64,000 bases of DNA from Candidatus Altimarinota bacterium (GTDB lineage: Bacteria > Patescibacteriota > Gracilibacteria > CAIRYL01 > GCA-016699755): assembly GCA_963664295.1 (NCBI GenBank), contig OY760935.1:704001-768000 (forward strand), written 5' to 3'. The number at the start of each line of letters is the position of its first letter. Position 1 is the stretch's first letter. Below are positions 1 through 10,568 of this stretch, piece after piece. The notes under the pieces are model-generated. The model made no database searches. It saw nothing but the letters and a program-made list of their open reading frames with translations, and was not told the DNA's origin. Both the position numbers and the translations under genes were made by a program.

Positions 1-468
1 ATAAAATCTCCACCAAGCTTAGTTATTGGTCGTTTTTTTCAAGGTTGGATTATTACTGTTTTTCTTCTTGGTACTGCCAATATTCTTCAGCTTGATCCTG
101 TTTCTGATTTCTTAACAAAAATTATTGATTTTTTACCTAATATTCTTGTTGCTCTATTGATTATGCTCTTTGCTTTTCGCATGGGCGATTTTGTTGGCGC
201 AATTGTAAACAGTGTTCTTTCTGCAACCGGATCTCATGGTGCAAAAGTTTTATCTATGGTGATTAAAGGTATTTTAATTGCCTTTGGTGTCTTGGCTGCT
301 TTGGTTGAGCTTAATATTGCTCCTGAGCTAATGCAAATTTTATTTACTGGTTTTATTTTTATGATTGGCTTGGCTGGCGGACTTGCTTTTGGGCTAGGCG
401 GAAAAGATGTAGTAAGAGAATTTTTGGAGGATTTGCGTGATGAGAAAAAAAATAAGCAAAAAAAATAA
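1..468 (+). CDS. 5'-truncated membrane protein with TM_helix repeats (CmpX / small-conductance mechanosensitive channel-like)
   Basis: Frame is open from base 1 (IKSPPSLVIGRFF...IIDFLPNILVALLIMLFA...). FLPNILVA resembles the TM_helix repeat, and the C-terminal GLAFGLGGKD motif is typical of this family. Confidence 0.65.
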   Translation: MKSPPSLVIGRFFQGWIITVFLLGTANILQLDPVSDFLTKIIDFLPNILVALLIMLFAFRMGDFVGAIVNSVLSATGSHGAKVLSMVIKGILIAFGVLAALVELNIAPELMQILFTGFIFMIGLAGGLAFGLGGKDVVREFLEDLRDEKKNKQKK

Positions 469-523
469 TTTTCTTGCCAAAAAAAACATTAAATAGTAAG
501 GTTAAAACCTTTTTTATTTTTGA

Positions 524-892
524 ATGAACACGGAAATAGGCAAAAAAACAGTGACTGAAGCTGTTATTGGTGATGATTGTATTACCATGATAAACGATCC
601 ACGCGGTACTGGTCCAAAAAAAGACTATTTTTTAAGCCCAGATACTATTGCTAAACACTGCCAAGACAGGCCTCTTACTTGTCCATCTTTGCGCTTTGTT
701 CGTGGTGGTTGGCACTATTGCACCCTAGACCAACCTGGTTTTGCTACTAATAAAGACCACAGACCGCCTTTTGATTGCCCAATTTCAAAAGCACAAAAAA
801 ATCTAGCTGATTCAATTTCTTTTGTAATAAGACCTATTCCTCAGATTGAAAATACTTCTTTAAGTTCTTCTCAATCCGAGCAAGTGAAGTAG
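524..892 (+). CDS. hypothetical protein (Cys-containing orphan)
   Basis: 122 aa ATG ORF after an AT-rich intergenic region. Its 3' end overlaps the convergent purC by 59 nt. Confidence 0.5.
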   Translation: MNTEIGKKTVTEAVIGDDCITMINDPRGTGPKKDYFLSPDTIAKHCQDRPLTCPSLRFVRGGWHYCTLDQPGFATNKDHRPPFDCPISKAQKNLADSISFVIRPIPQIENTSLSSSQSEQVK

Positions 893-1820
893 GATTACCA
901 AGAGCAGGCTCAAAATAACTACCTGTAATTGTTTCGTACGCATTGATATAGCGCCTGGAAAGCTCGATAATGAGATCATCAGGTGCTTTTGGTAATACTT
1001 TGTCATTGTATGGATCACAATTTTCTGTAAACCAAAGACGCAAAAATTCTTTATCAAAACTATCTGGCTCTTCTCCGTTAGCAAGGCGTTTTTCATAAGT
1101 ATCTGTAAGCCAGTAGCGTGAAGAATCAGGTGTCAAAACCTCGTCCACAAGCATGATATCGCCATCTTCATCTTCACCAAATTCAAACTTTGTATCAACA
1201 AGAATAAATCCATGTTTTTTTGCTATTTCCGAACCTCTTTTAAATACAGCCAAGGCATATTCAGTAATCTTTTGCCATTTTTCCGCAGAAACAAGACCTG
1301 TTTGAATTATTTCCTTTGGGGAAATTTGACGATCATGCTCATCTTCTTTTGTTGTTGGAGTAATAATTGGTTCATCAAATTTTTCATTCTTTTTCATACC
1401 TTCCGGCAATTGAACTCCGCAAAAATCTCGAACTCCATTATTATAATTAACCCAGGCTGATGTATCTGTGGAGCCTGTTAAATAGCCACGCACAACCACC
1501 TCAACAGGAAAAACTTCTGCTTTTTTTACAACCATAACATTGGGATCAGGCACACCAAGCATGTGATTTGGCACTATATCAGCAGTTTGACGAAACCAAA
1601 AAGCTGAAATTTGATTTAAAACTTGCCCTTTAAAAGGAACTGAAGCCAAAATACGATCAAAAGCACTTTGACGATCAGTAGTTATTAAAATTCTCTTCCC
1701 GTTTATTTCAAAAGTATCACGCACTTTTCCTTTGTGAATTCTTTTTGCATCAAGCAAAAGTTCAACTTGAGTAAGCGTATCAGAAAGATGGTTTTTGATA
1801 AATTCTTCTGGAGGAGGCAT
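834..1820 (-). CDS. purC: phosphoribosylaminoimidazole-succinocarboxamide (SAICAR) synthase
   Basis: Motifs GKVRD, TDRQSAFD, EVVVRGYLTGS, TPTTK, LVDTKFEFG, DEVLTPDSSRYW and DKEFLR. Confidence 0.97.
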   Translation of the reverse strand: MPPPEEFIKNHLSDTLTQVELLLDAKRIHKGKVRDTFEINGKRILITTDRQSAFDRILASVPFKGQVLNQISAFWFRQTADIVPNHMLGVPDPNVMVVKKAEVFPVEVVVRGYLTGSTDTSAWVNYNNGVRDFCGVQLPEGMKKNEKFDEPIITPTTKEDEHDRQISPKEIIQTGLVSAEKWQKITEYALAVFKRGSEIAKKHGFILVDTKFEFGEDEDGDIMLVDEVLTPDSSRYWLTDTYEKRLANGEEPDSFDKEFLRLWFTENCDPYNDKVLPKAPDDLIIELSRRYINAYETITGSYFEPALGNPTSLARIEKNLKKYFQSEE

Positions 1821-1880
1821 GTTTTTTGTAAAAAAGTAGCGAAAAAATTATGACATTTTAAAGCTAAAAAGCAAATATTT

Positions 1881-2546
1881 TTAATTCATCCCTGATAGCA
1901 AATCTTTTATAGCCTCATCAGGTGTGTTGGATTTGGTAATACCACTGGCAACCAAAACGCCCATTGCGCCAAGCTCAATAGAAATTCGCACATCTTCGCC
2001 ATTTTTTATGCCAGCTCCTACTAAAACTTTACCTGCACCAATTTTTTCAACTGATTCTTTGATAAGTTCTGGCTGAGCAGTAGAAACAGAAATATCCCCA
2101 CCAATTAGCTCTGGTGGCTCTACTGCTATTAAATCTGGTGAAAAATTTTGCATTATTTCTGCACCTTCGTCTGCGGTTTCTGCGCAACAAACAACAAAAA
2201 GACCAATTTCTTTTGCCCTAATAATTGCTTTTCCTAATGTTTCCATATCTGAAAATCTATTTTCAGAATGATTTAAGATTGTGCCATAAGCGCCAGTATT
2301 TTTTACAGTTTCTGGTAATACTTTACCTGTATATGAACCATAAGTTATTCCGTCTATATGTTGAGCAAAAACAGGAATACTTGTGTTTTTTACTGTTGCA
2401 CTCAAATCAGCTGTTTGCACAGCAACGGCAATGCTCATGTCAGTTTCATTTGCTATTTCTTCGTGTATTTTTGCCATTTTTAAGGCATTTTCACCAATTG
2501 AACTTTCTGTGGCTTTAAAGTTTGTAAGTAATACTGGTAATTTCAT
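1881..2546 (-). CDS. tpiA: triosephosphate isomerase, short archaeal-type
   Basis: NFK, NHSEN, AVEPPELIGG, GAGIK and LVASG motifs; 221 aa length. Confidence 0.93.
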   Translation of the reverse strand: MKLPVLLTNFKATESSIGENALKMAKIHEEIANETDMSIAVAVQTADLSATVKNTSIPVFAQHIDGITYGSYTGKVLPETVKNTGAYGTILNHSENRFSDMETLGKAIIRAKEIGLFVVCCAETADEGAEIMQNFSPDLIAVEPPELIGGDISVSTAQPELIKESVEKIGAGKVLVGAGIKNGEDVRISIELGAMGVLVASGITKSNTPDEAIKDLLSGMN

Positions 2547-2607
2547 TTTTATTATTTAAACATCAAAAAACATTCTCTCAAAACCTGGGTTTTATCTCAA
2601 GTTTAAT

Positions 2608-3249
2608 TTATAAATCAGCTTCTTCTTTGCCTAAAAATTTAGGATTATGCGGAAATACATACACCTCATATACAGTGACAATTTTACCCAACACTTCACG
2701 CACATTTTGCCTAAGCCAATATAAATAAATGTGTTTATCTGCAATTACTCCTGCTGAATCAATGCCAAAACTCTCACAAATAAAAATACAACGAGGCAAA
2801 TGAAACTTTTGACTAACTAATAAGGCTGAGTCCACCCCAAAAATTTTTTTTGCACGAGCACAAGTATCATAAGTGCGAAAACCCGCATAATCTAGATAAA
2901 TATCCTCCTCTGGAACCCCAAGTTCTACTGCATAATTTTTCATTACTATTGGCTCATTGTAGTTAACAAGTGAGTTATCACCACTCATTAAAATTTTTTC
3001 CACTTTTCCGTCCTTATAAAGATCTACTGCGGTTTGAACACGGTCTGCAGTCACATCAGAAGGCGTGTATTTGCCAAAAACCGCAGCACCAAAAACAATA
3101 GCTACTGGCTTTTCTGGTGCTTCTGTGCGGGTGTAAATTTTATTGTGCGTTTTTAAAAAAATAATCAACAAAGGCAAAACAGCCATTAAAATACAAATAA
3201 TAATAAAAATTATAATTTTTTTCTGATGTCTCTTTAAAAATCTAAGCAT
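2608..3249 (-). CDS. SanA/YdcF (DUF218, ElyC-like) membrane-anchored protein
   Basis: N-terminal TM helix; AIVFGA, MSGDN, YNEP, DYAGFRTYDTC and SQKFHLPR motifs. Confidence 0.9.
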   Translation of the reverse strand: MLRFLKRHQKKIIIFIIICILMAVLPLLIIFLKTHNKIYTRTEAPEKPVAIVFGAAVFGKYTPSDVTADRVQTAVDLYKDGKVEKILMSGDNSLVNYNEPIVMKNYAVELGVPEEDIYLDYAGFRTYDTCARAKKIFGVDSALLVSQKFHLPRCIFICESFGIDSAGVIADKHIYLYWLRQNVREVLGKIVTVYEVYVFPHNPKFLGKEEADL

Positions 3250-4279
3250 AAATTATGTTTAAAAATTCTTTTACTGCCTCTTTTTCCGGCACAGTTTTTA
3301 TCAATTTGCCTTGTTTATAAATTGCATAAACATTTTTACCTGCAATAAGGGCAAAATCCGCATGTTTTGCCTCACCAGGACCATTAACCACACAGCCCAT
3401 TACTGCAATAGTTAAACCAGCTGGCAAATCTTGAGTTTTTTTATAAACCTCATGGGCAACTTTGCGGTGATCAGTCTCGTTTCTGCCACAAGCTGGGCAA
3501 GAAATAAAATTACGATTGTGTTTTGCAAGCTCCAAATCCTGCAAAATTTGGTAAGCAAGTTCAACTTCTTTCACTGGATCTTCTGTTAAGGAAATGCGAA
3601 TTGTGTCACCAATTCCCTCAGAAAGCAAAGCACCAAGGGCAATTCCGCTTTTTATTGACCCATTCTCAAAAATCCCTGACTCAGTAAGGCCAATATGAAT
3701 TGGATAATCTGTATTTTCACTTAATAATCTATTGGTTTCGATTGTTGTTTTAACTGAGCTGGATTTAATTGAAACACAAATATCAAAAAAACCTTCTTTT
3801 TCAAGAATACTAGCATGACTTAAGGCACTTTTTACTAAATTTTCCGGACTTGGTGATTTATATTTTGTTTCCAAAGAGCCCGCATTAACCCCAATTCGTA
3901 TTGGTATTTTTGCTTTTTTACAAGCAGAAACAAGCTCGTGTAAATATTCTTTACGATTTATATTTCCTGGATTAAAGCGAATTTTGCTAGCTCCATTTTT
4001 TATGCATGCAAGCGCAAGCTCATGATCAAAATGAATATCAGCAACCAAAGGCAATGGTGATTTTTTAGCAATTTCTCCAAAACTTTCACTAGCAGTAATA
4101 TCAGGAATAGCAAGACGCACAATCTGACATTTTATTTGGTGCAATTTTTTTATCTGAACAAGGGTTTTTTTGCTATCTCTGGTGTCTGTTTTGCACATAG
4201 ATTGCACAACAATAGGCGCATTTCCACCAATGATCACTCCGCCAACATTAATTTTTCTAGTGTTTTTTCTTTTAAACAA
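3242..4279 (-). CDS. ispG: 4-hydroxy-3-methylbut-2-en-1-yl diphosphate synthase
   Basis: VQSM, PLVADIHFD, RFNPGN, RIGVNAGSL, GDTIRISLT, SCPACGR and MGCVVNGPGEA motifs. Confidence 0.97.
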   Translation of the reverse strand: MFKRKNTRKINVGGVIIGGNAPIVVQSMCKTDTRDSKKTLVQIKKLHQIKCQIVRLAIPDITASESFGEIAKKSPLPLVADIHFDHELALACIKNGASKIRFNPGNINRKEYLHELVSACKKAKIPIRIGVNAGSLETKYKSPSPENLVKSALSHASILEKEGFFDICVSIKSSSVKTTIETNRLLSENTDYPIHIGLTESGIFENGSIKSGIALGALLSEGIGDTIRISLTEDPVKEVELAYQILQDLELAKHNRNFISCPACGRNETDHRKVAHEVYKKTQDLPAGLTIAVMGCVVNGPGEAKHADFALIAGKNVYAIYKQGKLIKTVPEKEAVKEFLNIIYA

Positions 4280-4313
4280 TTTTTACAAAAATAAGGTATT
4301 ATGATTTTACTTT

Positions 4314-5516
4314 ATGAAAGTTCAAATTAAAACCCTTGGCTGTAAAATGAATTTTGTAGATTCAGAGCGAATTGCAAAAGAGCTTAGCACTATGGGCTTT
4401 GAAATATCTGAAAAAAATCCTGATTTAATTATAGTAAACACCTGCACAGTCACAGATAATGCAGACAAAAAATCTCTTTCTTTTGCAAAATCTGCACTAA
4501 AAAAAGGAAAAAAAGTAATTATTACTGGCTGTTCTGTAAAAATAGAAAAAGAAAAAATAGCTCAAAATTTGCCCAAAGCTTTAATTTTTGATAACAAAGA
4601 ACAAATTATTGAATATCTTAAAGAACTAAAAGAAAAAAAATCTTCATCTAAATCTAATATTTTTGAATCCCCTCGCACACGCGCTTTTGTAGAAATTCAA
4701 ACTGGCTGTGATACTTATTGTAGCTATTGCATTGTGCCTTTTACTCGTGGACCTAGTGTAAATCGAGATGAAAAAGAAATAATTCAAGAAATTAAGGAAT
4801 TGGAAGAAAAAAATTACAAAGAAATTGTTTTAACAGGAATAAATCTTGCTTCTTGGGGTGCATCAAACACAAACAAGCCAGAAGAAAGTCGCTTTAGCTA
4901 CTTACTTGAACAAATTTTAAAAAAAACTAATATTCCTCGTATCCGTATTTCCTCTGTGGGTGCAAAATTTTTAGATAATTATTTTTTTGATCTATTTTCT
5001 GATCCAAGAATATGTGATCATCTACACATTTCTGTTCAATCGGGGTCTGACCAAATCCTCGCAAAAATGAATAGAGGGCATGGCACAAAAGAAATTATTT
5101 CTGTGGCAGAACGGGCAAAAAAAGTACGCCCAAATGTGGCTTTGACTTCGGATTTTATTGTTGGTTTTCCTGGCGAAACTGAAAAATATTTTTTAGAAAG
5201 CGAGAATCTAGCTCATCAAATGGGCTTAGCAAAAATGCATGTTTTTCCTTTTTCTGTGCGGTCAGGAACTGTTGCAGAAAAAATGCCTGAACAAATTTCC
5301 ACTCAAATTAAAAAAGAACGTGCTGACTATTTAAAAAAAGTTGGCGATAAACTAAGAAAAAAATTTATTGCTAATAATTTAGGCTCAAATCGCACTGTGC
5401 TTTTTGAAAATGACGGCCTGGGTTGGACAAAAAACTACATTAAAACAAAAAAACTAGGTGCAGAAGAAAATGAAATAATTAAAATTAAGCTTAGTGATGA
5501 TAATATTGTGTTTTAA
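4314..5516 (+). CDS. mtaB: tRNA methylthiotransferase (MiaB family, MtaB-like radical SAM)
   Basis: TLGCKMN, NTCTVT, GC, CDTYCSYC radical SAM motif, QSGSD, IVGFPGET and HVFPFS. Confidence 0.88.
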   Translation: MKVQIKTLGCKMNFVDSERIAKELSTMGFEISEKNPDLIIVNTCTVTDNADKKSLSFAKSALKKGKKVIITGCSVKIEKEKIAQNLPKALIFDNKEQIIEYLKELKEKKSSSKSNIFESPRTRAFVEIQTGCDTYCSYCIVPFTRGPSVNRDEKEIIQEIKELEEKNYKEIVLTGINLASWGASNTNKPEESRFSYLLEQILKKTNIPRIRISSVGAKFLDNYFFDLFSDPRICDHLHISVQSGSDQILAKMNRGHGTKEIISVAERAKKVRPNVALTSDFIVGFPGETEKYFLESENLAHQMGLAKMHVFPFSVRSGTVAEKMPEQISTQIKKERADYLKKVGDKLRKKFIANNLGSNRTVLFENDGLGWTKNYIKTKKLGAEENEIIKIKLSDDNIVF

Positions 5517-5583
5517 TGCTCTATTTTATAAGTTGCAACTTAGGTGCTATCCCTCTAAAATTCACCCTGACTTCTCTTCGTTT

Positions 5584-6520
5584 TGTCATTGCGGACATCT
5601 TGGGCTCTTTTTGGATTGTCATTGCGGACTTTTTGGGTTGTCATTGCAGGCTTGATCCGCAATCTCCTTATCCATTCGTGCAAGTCCTGCCAGGTAATTC
5701 AACAGTAATGACAACGGGAGATCCTTCGCTTCGCCTAAAGGCTCGCTCAGGATGACAGAAAAAGGGGCAAGAGGTGTCATTGTGAGCGAAAAACACCACC
5801 TTGCTGTCATTCTGAGCGTAATGAAATGGAGCGAAGAATCTCCTTGAACATGCGCTCAAAATCTATCTCGGTTATTACAACAGTAATGACAACGGGAGAT
5901 CCTTCGCTTCGCCTAAAGGCTCGCTCAGGATGACAGAAAAAGGGGCAAGAGGTGTCATTGTGAGCGAAAAACACCACCTTGCTGTCATTCTGAGCGTAAT
6001 GAAATGGAGCGAAGAATCTCCTTGAACATGCGCTCAAAATCTATCTCGGTTATTACAACAGTAATGACAACGGGAGATCCTTCGCTTCGCCTAAAGGCTC
6101 GCTCAGGATGACAGAAAAAGGGGCAAGAGGTGTCATTGTGAGCGAAAAACACCACCTTACTGTCATTCTGAGCGTAATGAAATGGAGCGAAGAATCTCCT
6201 TGAACATGCGCTCAAAATCTATCTCGGTTATTACAACAGTAATGACAACAGGAGATCCTTCGCTTCGCCTAAAGGCTCGCTCAGGATGACAGAGTAAGTA
6301 AGAGAGAGGGAGAATGACAGAAAAAAGGAGAGGTCAAGATAACAGAGTAAAGGGGATCAAGACAACAAAGAAAAGGAGGCAAGATGACAAAAAAGCACTT
6401 AAGACAAAAAAATAGCCTGCTTCGTCATCCGCCTAAGCAAATCCCTTGCAATAACAAAAAAATAAAAACAATTAAAAAAAATTCATTGCCCCAGATAAAG
6501 CCAAATAATCAACACTAAAA
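5584..6520. repeat. REP-like palindromic repeat cluster 1 (TGTCAT modules), including a 178-bp tandem array and a unique tail
   Basis: Modules tgtcattctgagcg..gaagaatctc and gagatccttcg..ctcaggatgaca. The unit recurs at 5701, 5879, 6057 and 6235. Confidence 0.95.
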
Positions 6521-6521
6521 A

Positions 6522-6557
6522 TGTATTACTGTACCAGTACACTAATACAGTAATACA
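6522..6557 (-). terminator. hairpin downstream of greA, probable intrinsic terminator
   Basis: 12-bp inverted repeat tgtattactgta/tacagtaataca with flanking A runs. Confidence 0.6.
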
Positions 6558-6571
6558 AAAATAAAATTAAT

Positions 6572-7252
6572 TTACTTAATCTTCACAATCAAAAACTCAT
6601 ACTCACCACCAGGAGCAGAAACTTGAATTGTCTCCCCTTTCTTTTTACCTAAAAGTGTTTTACCAATTGGAGACTCATTAGAAATACGGGCAGAAAACGG
6701 ATCAGCTTCAGTAGAACCAACAATAGTGTATTCTTCTGGATCTTCATTTTTAGTAAGATTTTGAATTACTACTGTTGTTCCAATACGAATTAAAGCTGTT
6801 TTGTGAGCTGTTTTCTCGTCAATAATCTGCACATTCTTAATCATTTTTTTAAGCTCTGCAATACGCCCCTCACAAAAAGCTTGTTCATTTTTTGCCTCTT
6901 CATATTCTGCATTTTCTGAAAGATCACCATAAGAAATAGCTTCTTGCAAACGCTGAGCAACTTCATCTCTTTTAGTTTCTTCTAAATATTTCAATTCATC
7001 TTTTAACTTTTGCAAACCATCTTCTGTTAACAATACTTTATCTTTTTCAGAGACAGGTGTGTTTAATATGTCCTCAGTGTTTACTTTTGGAGCTTTTTTA
7101 GCTGGTTTTTCTGCTTTTTTTACTATTTTTTTAGCTGGTTTAACAACTTTTTCAGATTTTTTAACTACTTTTTTAGGAGCAGTTTTTTTAACTTTTTTAT
7201 CTTCAACTTTCTTTTTTGTTGTCTTCTTGATCTTCTCTTCTTTTTTTGCCAT
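6572..7252 (-). CDS. greA: transcription elongation factor GreA with Lys-rich N-terminal extension
   Basis: LTEDGLQKLKDEL, GDLSENAEYEEAK, IVGSTEADP and ISNESPIGKTLLG. Confidence 0.96.
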   Translation of the reverse strand: MAKKEEKIKKTTKKKVEDKKVKKTAPKKVVKKSEKVVKPAKKIVKKAEKPAKKAPKVNTEDILNTPVSEKDKVLLTEDGLQKLKDELKYLEETKRDEVAQRLQEAISYGDLSENAEYEEAKNEQAFCEGRIAELKKMIKNVQIIDEKTAHKTALIRIGTTVVIQNLTKNEDPEEYTIVGSTEADPFSARISNESPIGKTLLGKKKGETIQVSAPGGEYEFLIVKIK

Positions 7253-7282
7253 TTTTTTAAAAAATAAAAGTTTTAAAATTAA

Positions 7283-8659
7283 CTATTTTTTGCCTTTTTC
7301 GTCTTCATCACCAACAAAAAGGTCTTTAAAAGAAACATTTTTCTTTACTCTCCTTGGTAAACTTTTTTCATCATGATTTGGCTCTCTTATGCGAACAGAA
7401 GCTGGATGTTCTCTTAATTTTTGCATTACTTTTGCTTCAATCTGACGAATACGCTCGCGAGTGACTCCGAATTCTTTTCCAACCTCTTCTAATGTGTGTC
7501 CAACGCCATCAATAAGCCCAAAACGCATTTCAATAATTTTGCGTTCACGCGGATTTAAAAAGCGTAATAAAGAGCGAATATTTTCTTTGATAAGTTGGCG
7601 ATTAGTTGAATCAGATGGAGAAATAGCCTCTTCATCTTCAATGAAATCAGCTAATTTTGAGTCTTCTTCAGAGCCAACTGGTGCTTCTAATGAAACTATA
7701 TCTTGTGAAATTTTTAATATATGGCGAACTTTTTTTTCTGGTAATTGCATTTCTGAGGCAATTTCTTCTACTGTAGGGTCGCGACCAAGTTCTTGCATTA
7801 ACCTTCTTTGGGTATGTGTGAGCTTATTGATTGTTTCCACCATGTGCACAGGTATGCGAATAGTACGAGCTTGATCAGCAATAGCTCTAGTAATTGCCTG
7901 ACGAATCCACCAGGTAGCATAAGTTGAAAATTTAAAACCTCGATTTGGGTCAAATTTCTCAACTGCTCTAAATAAACCAATATTTCCTTCTTGAATTAAA
8001 TCAAGAAAAGAAAGTCCTCTACCGATATACTTTTTAGCAATAGAAACCACTAACCTAAGGTTTGCTTCTGCTAAATGTTGTTTTGCTTTTGCATCTCCTT
8101 TGGCTATTCTTTTTGCTAAACGAATTTCTTCGTCAGCAGAAAGAAGCTCTGTGCGACCTATTTCTGATAAATACATTCTTACTGAGTCATTAGAAATCTC
8201 AGAAAGGTCCATTCCTCCTTTAATTACTTTATTAGGGTCTACCTCTTCTTCATCGTCATCCAATAACTCTTCTTTGGCTAAATCTACATCATCTGCATCG
8301 TCAATATCATCTAAATCAGCCTCTTTATTTTTTGCGTCTTGCTTTTCAATCATTTTTAAAAGAGGGTCTTTCTTTTTCTTTTTCTTTTTGCCGTCCTTTT
8401 CGGTTTCCTCATCTTTCTTTTGCTCCCAAATCAAAGCATCTTTTACATCAATAACCTCTACTCCAATATTCATAAACAGAGTAAAAGCCTCGTCTAATAA
8501 AATTACATTTTTTTCAGCCTCTGGAAAGGCTTTCATGAGTTCTTGTTGAGTTATGAAACCTTGCTCACGACCCTTTTTTACAAGTTTGCGTACAGCCTCT
8601 GGGAATTTTTCCAGTTCCTCTTTGCTGGGCTGCCTGATAAAAACTTTACTTTTAGCCAT
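7283..8659 (-). CDS. rpoD: primary sigma factor sigma70
   Basis: [60 protein letters not shown] and [20 protein letters not shown]. Confidence 0.98.
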   Translation of the reverse strand: MAKSKVFIRQPSKEELEKFPEAVRKLVKKGREQGFITQQELMKAFPEAEKNVILLDEAFTLFMNIGVEVIDVKDALIWEQKKDEETEKDGKKKKKKKDPLLKMIEKQDAKNKEADLDDIDDADDVDLAKEELLDDDEEEVDPNKVIKGGMDLSEISNDSVRMYLSEIGRTELLSADEEIRLAKRIAKGDAKAKQHLAEANLRLVVSIAKKYIGRGLSFLDLIQEGNIGLFRAVEKFDPNRGFKFSTYATWWIRQAITRAIADQARTIRIPVHMVETINKLTHTQRRLMQELGRDPTVEEIASEMQLPEKKVRHILKISQDIVSLEAPVGSEEDSKLADFIEDEEAISPSDSTNRQLIKENIRSLLRFLNPRERKIIEMRFGLIDGVGHTLEEVGKEFGVTRERIRQIEAKVMQKLREHPASVRIREPNHDEKSLPRRVKKNVSFKDLFVGDEDEKGKK

Positions 8660-10399
8660 TTAGAAATTTTTTTTTAAAGCTAGTAATTGGTTGATCTGCA
8701 TATATATTTCTTTTGCTTTTGTATTATCTTCTGTGCAGTCTTTTAGTTGCTCAATGAGCTCTTTTTGCTTATATATAAAATTTAAATTATTTATCTGTGC
8801 TATGAGTTTTTTTAATTCTTTTTTACGCAAGCTTTCTGGAATATGCTCTGTTTTCTCTTCTGCATAAAGGGCAATTAATTCCCACTTTTTGGCTTCATCA
8901 TCAGACAAAACTTCTTTGGGAGTGCAAAAACCCGTGTTATTATAGTGATTTTTTAGCTTTTTGAAAATAGTTTTTTCCTCCCCATCAGGAAAAAGACTCT
9001 CCACAAGAGATTTATCTACTTCTTCAAAAAATTCAGGAAAAGCTACCAGAAGCCCTATAAAATACTCTAACTGGGAATATTTTTGATTATTTATTGGTTT
9101 TTGAGAGCTTTTTTCTTCTTGAGGAGCAAAGGTGTTGTTTTTTTTATAATCTGCAAATTCAATCTTGAGCGAGTCTTCACTTGTGCCTAGTTTTTCAGAT
9201 AATATTTTTAGATAGTGTTCTTTTTCTATTTCTCCAGGAAATTTGCTTAATAAAGGAAAAACATCTTCCAAAATTGCCCTTTTATCTTCTATTTTGCTTG
9301 TGTCTTTGTCTTTTAAGGCTATGTCTATTAAAAAATCCATTGCTTTTTGACGATTTTCTACTCTTTGCTTAAATTCTTCAGGGTTTTCCTGTAAGCAATC
9401 ATCAGGATCTTTGCCTTCTGGCAAAGGTACAACAAAAACATTAGCACCAGCAAAAATAGCAATTTCTATTGCTCTTTTGGTCGCAACAATGCCAGCAAGA
9501 TCAGAATCAAGGGCAAAAACTATGTTTTTTGATGATTTTGTAATTTGCTTGGCATGAGAAAGTGAAAAAGCCGTACCACTAGCAGCAACAACATTTTGCA
9601 AGCCATGATCAGCACAAGCCAAACAGTCAAATTGCCCCTCTACAACAAGACAAAAGTCCTCTTTGCGAATTGTTTCACGAGCAAAATTAAGCCCAAAAAG
9701 AATTTCTGATTTTTTGAACAATGCTGTTTCCGGGGAATTTAAAAATTTTGGCTTACTATTGCCAAAAATCCTACCTGAATAACCCAAAACTGCGTTGGCA
9801 TTGGAAAAAAACGGAAACATTATACGACTACGAAATTTATCTTTAGTTTTTATGGCTTTTTTGTCTTCTACTGTGCTCAAACCAACATCAATAAGCTCTT
9901 TATGGGAAAATCCTTTTTCTATAAGATATTTTTCCATTTCTTTATCCCCTTTCCAAGCAAAACCAACCCTGTATTTTTTAAGAGTTTTTTCAGATATTTT
10001 GCGCTTTGCGACTTCTTCTTGGGCATTTTTATTGTTCCAAAAATTATGTTCGTATTTTTTAGTGGCAATTTCTAATAATTCTATTAAACGATCTCTTTTT
10101 TCTTTTTTCTCTGGAGAATACTCTGGCAAACGCACATTAGCTTTTTCTGCTAACAATCTTAATGCTTCAGGAAAACTAATATTTTCAATTTGCTGAACAA
10201 AAGCAAAAATATCCCCACCAGAATTACAAGCAAAACACCAGGCCATACCACGATCGTTGCTAACCACGAGTGAGGGATGAGTGTCTTTATGAAACGGGCA
10301 AAGTCCTTTGAAATTTTTGCCTGCTGGCTTGAGCTGAACATAGCTGGAAACTACGTCCACAATACTAAGCCTATTTCTAATTTCTTCTTTTGGATCCAT
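8660..10399 (-). CDS. dnaG: DNA primase
   Basis: CHC2 zinc finger (CPFH..CFAC), KFLNSPET, VEGQFD, DSDLAG and KDPD Toprim motifs; immediately upstream of rpoD. Confidence 0.97.
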   Translation of the reverse strand: MDPKEEIRNRLSIVDVVSSYVQLKPAGKNFKGLCPFHKDTHPSLVVSNDRGMAWCFACNSGGDIFAFVQQIENISFPEALRLLAEKANVRLPEYSPEKKEKRDRLIELLEIATKKYEHNFWNNKNAQEEVAKRKISEKTLKKYRVGFAWKGDKEMEKYLIEKGFSHKELIDVGLSTVEDKKAIKTKDKFRSRIMFPFFSNANAVLGYSGRIFGNSKPKFLNSPETALFKKSEILFGLNFARETIRKEDFCLVVEGQFDCLACADHGLQNVVAASGTAFSLSHAKQITKSSKNIVFALDSDLAGIVATKRAIEIAIFAGANVFVVPLPEGKDPDDCLQENPEEFKQRVENRQKAMDFLIDIALKDKDTSKIEDKRAILEDVFPLLSKFPGEIEKEHYLKILSEKLGTSEDSLKIEFADYKKNNTFAPQEEKSSQKPINNQKYSQLEYFIGLLVAFPEFFEEVDKSLVESLFPDGEEKTIFKKLKNHYNNTGFCTPKEVLSDDEAKKWELIALYAEEKTEHIPESLRKKELKKLIAQINNLNFIYKQKELIEQLKDCTEDNTKAKEIYMQINQLLALKKNF

Positions 10400-10511
10400 G
10401 TTTTGTTGGCTTTTTATTTTTGCATAAGTTTGGCGCTTTTAGCAAAGAGAAAGTTAATTTTTTTAAAAATACTCTTGACGAATTAATTTTTTATTTTATT
10501 TTAATTAAAAA

Positions 10512-10537
10512 GCCGAAGCTTTTGGCTCGGCTTCGGC
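10512..10537 (-). terminator. GC-rich hairpin, probable terminator of the upstream orphan ORF
   Basis: gccgaagc/gcttcggc stem followed by a T-run on the minus strand. Confidence 0.6.
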
Positions 10538-10568
10538 GAAAACAAAACAAATTTATTAATTTTAATTC

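Noticed and set aside
5516-6215. ORFs 5516-5755, 5619-5810, 5668-5859, 5807-6037 and 5985-6215, and similar ORFs at 27297-27715, 54798-55453 and 57693-58172
   Set aside because: They are translations of the palindromic repeat modules. The same peptides recur wherever the repeat occurs, with no gene-like context.
5701-6293. CRISPR array interpretation of the tandem repeats
   Set aside because: Whole 178-bp units are essentially identical, with no unique spacers and no cas genes.
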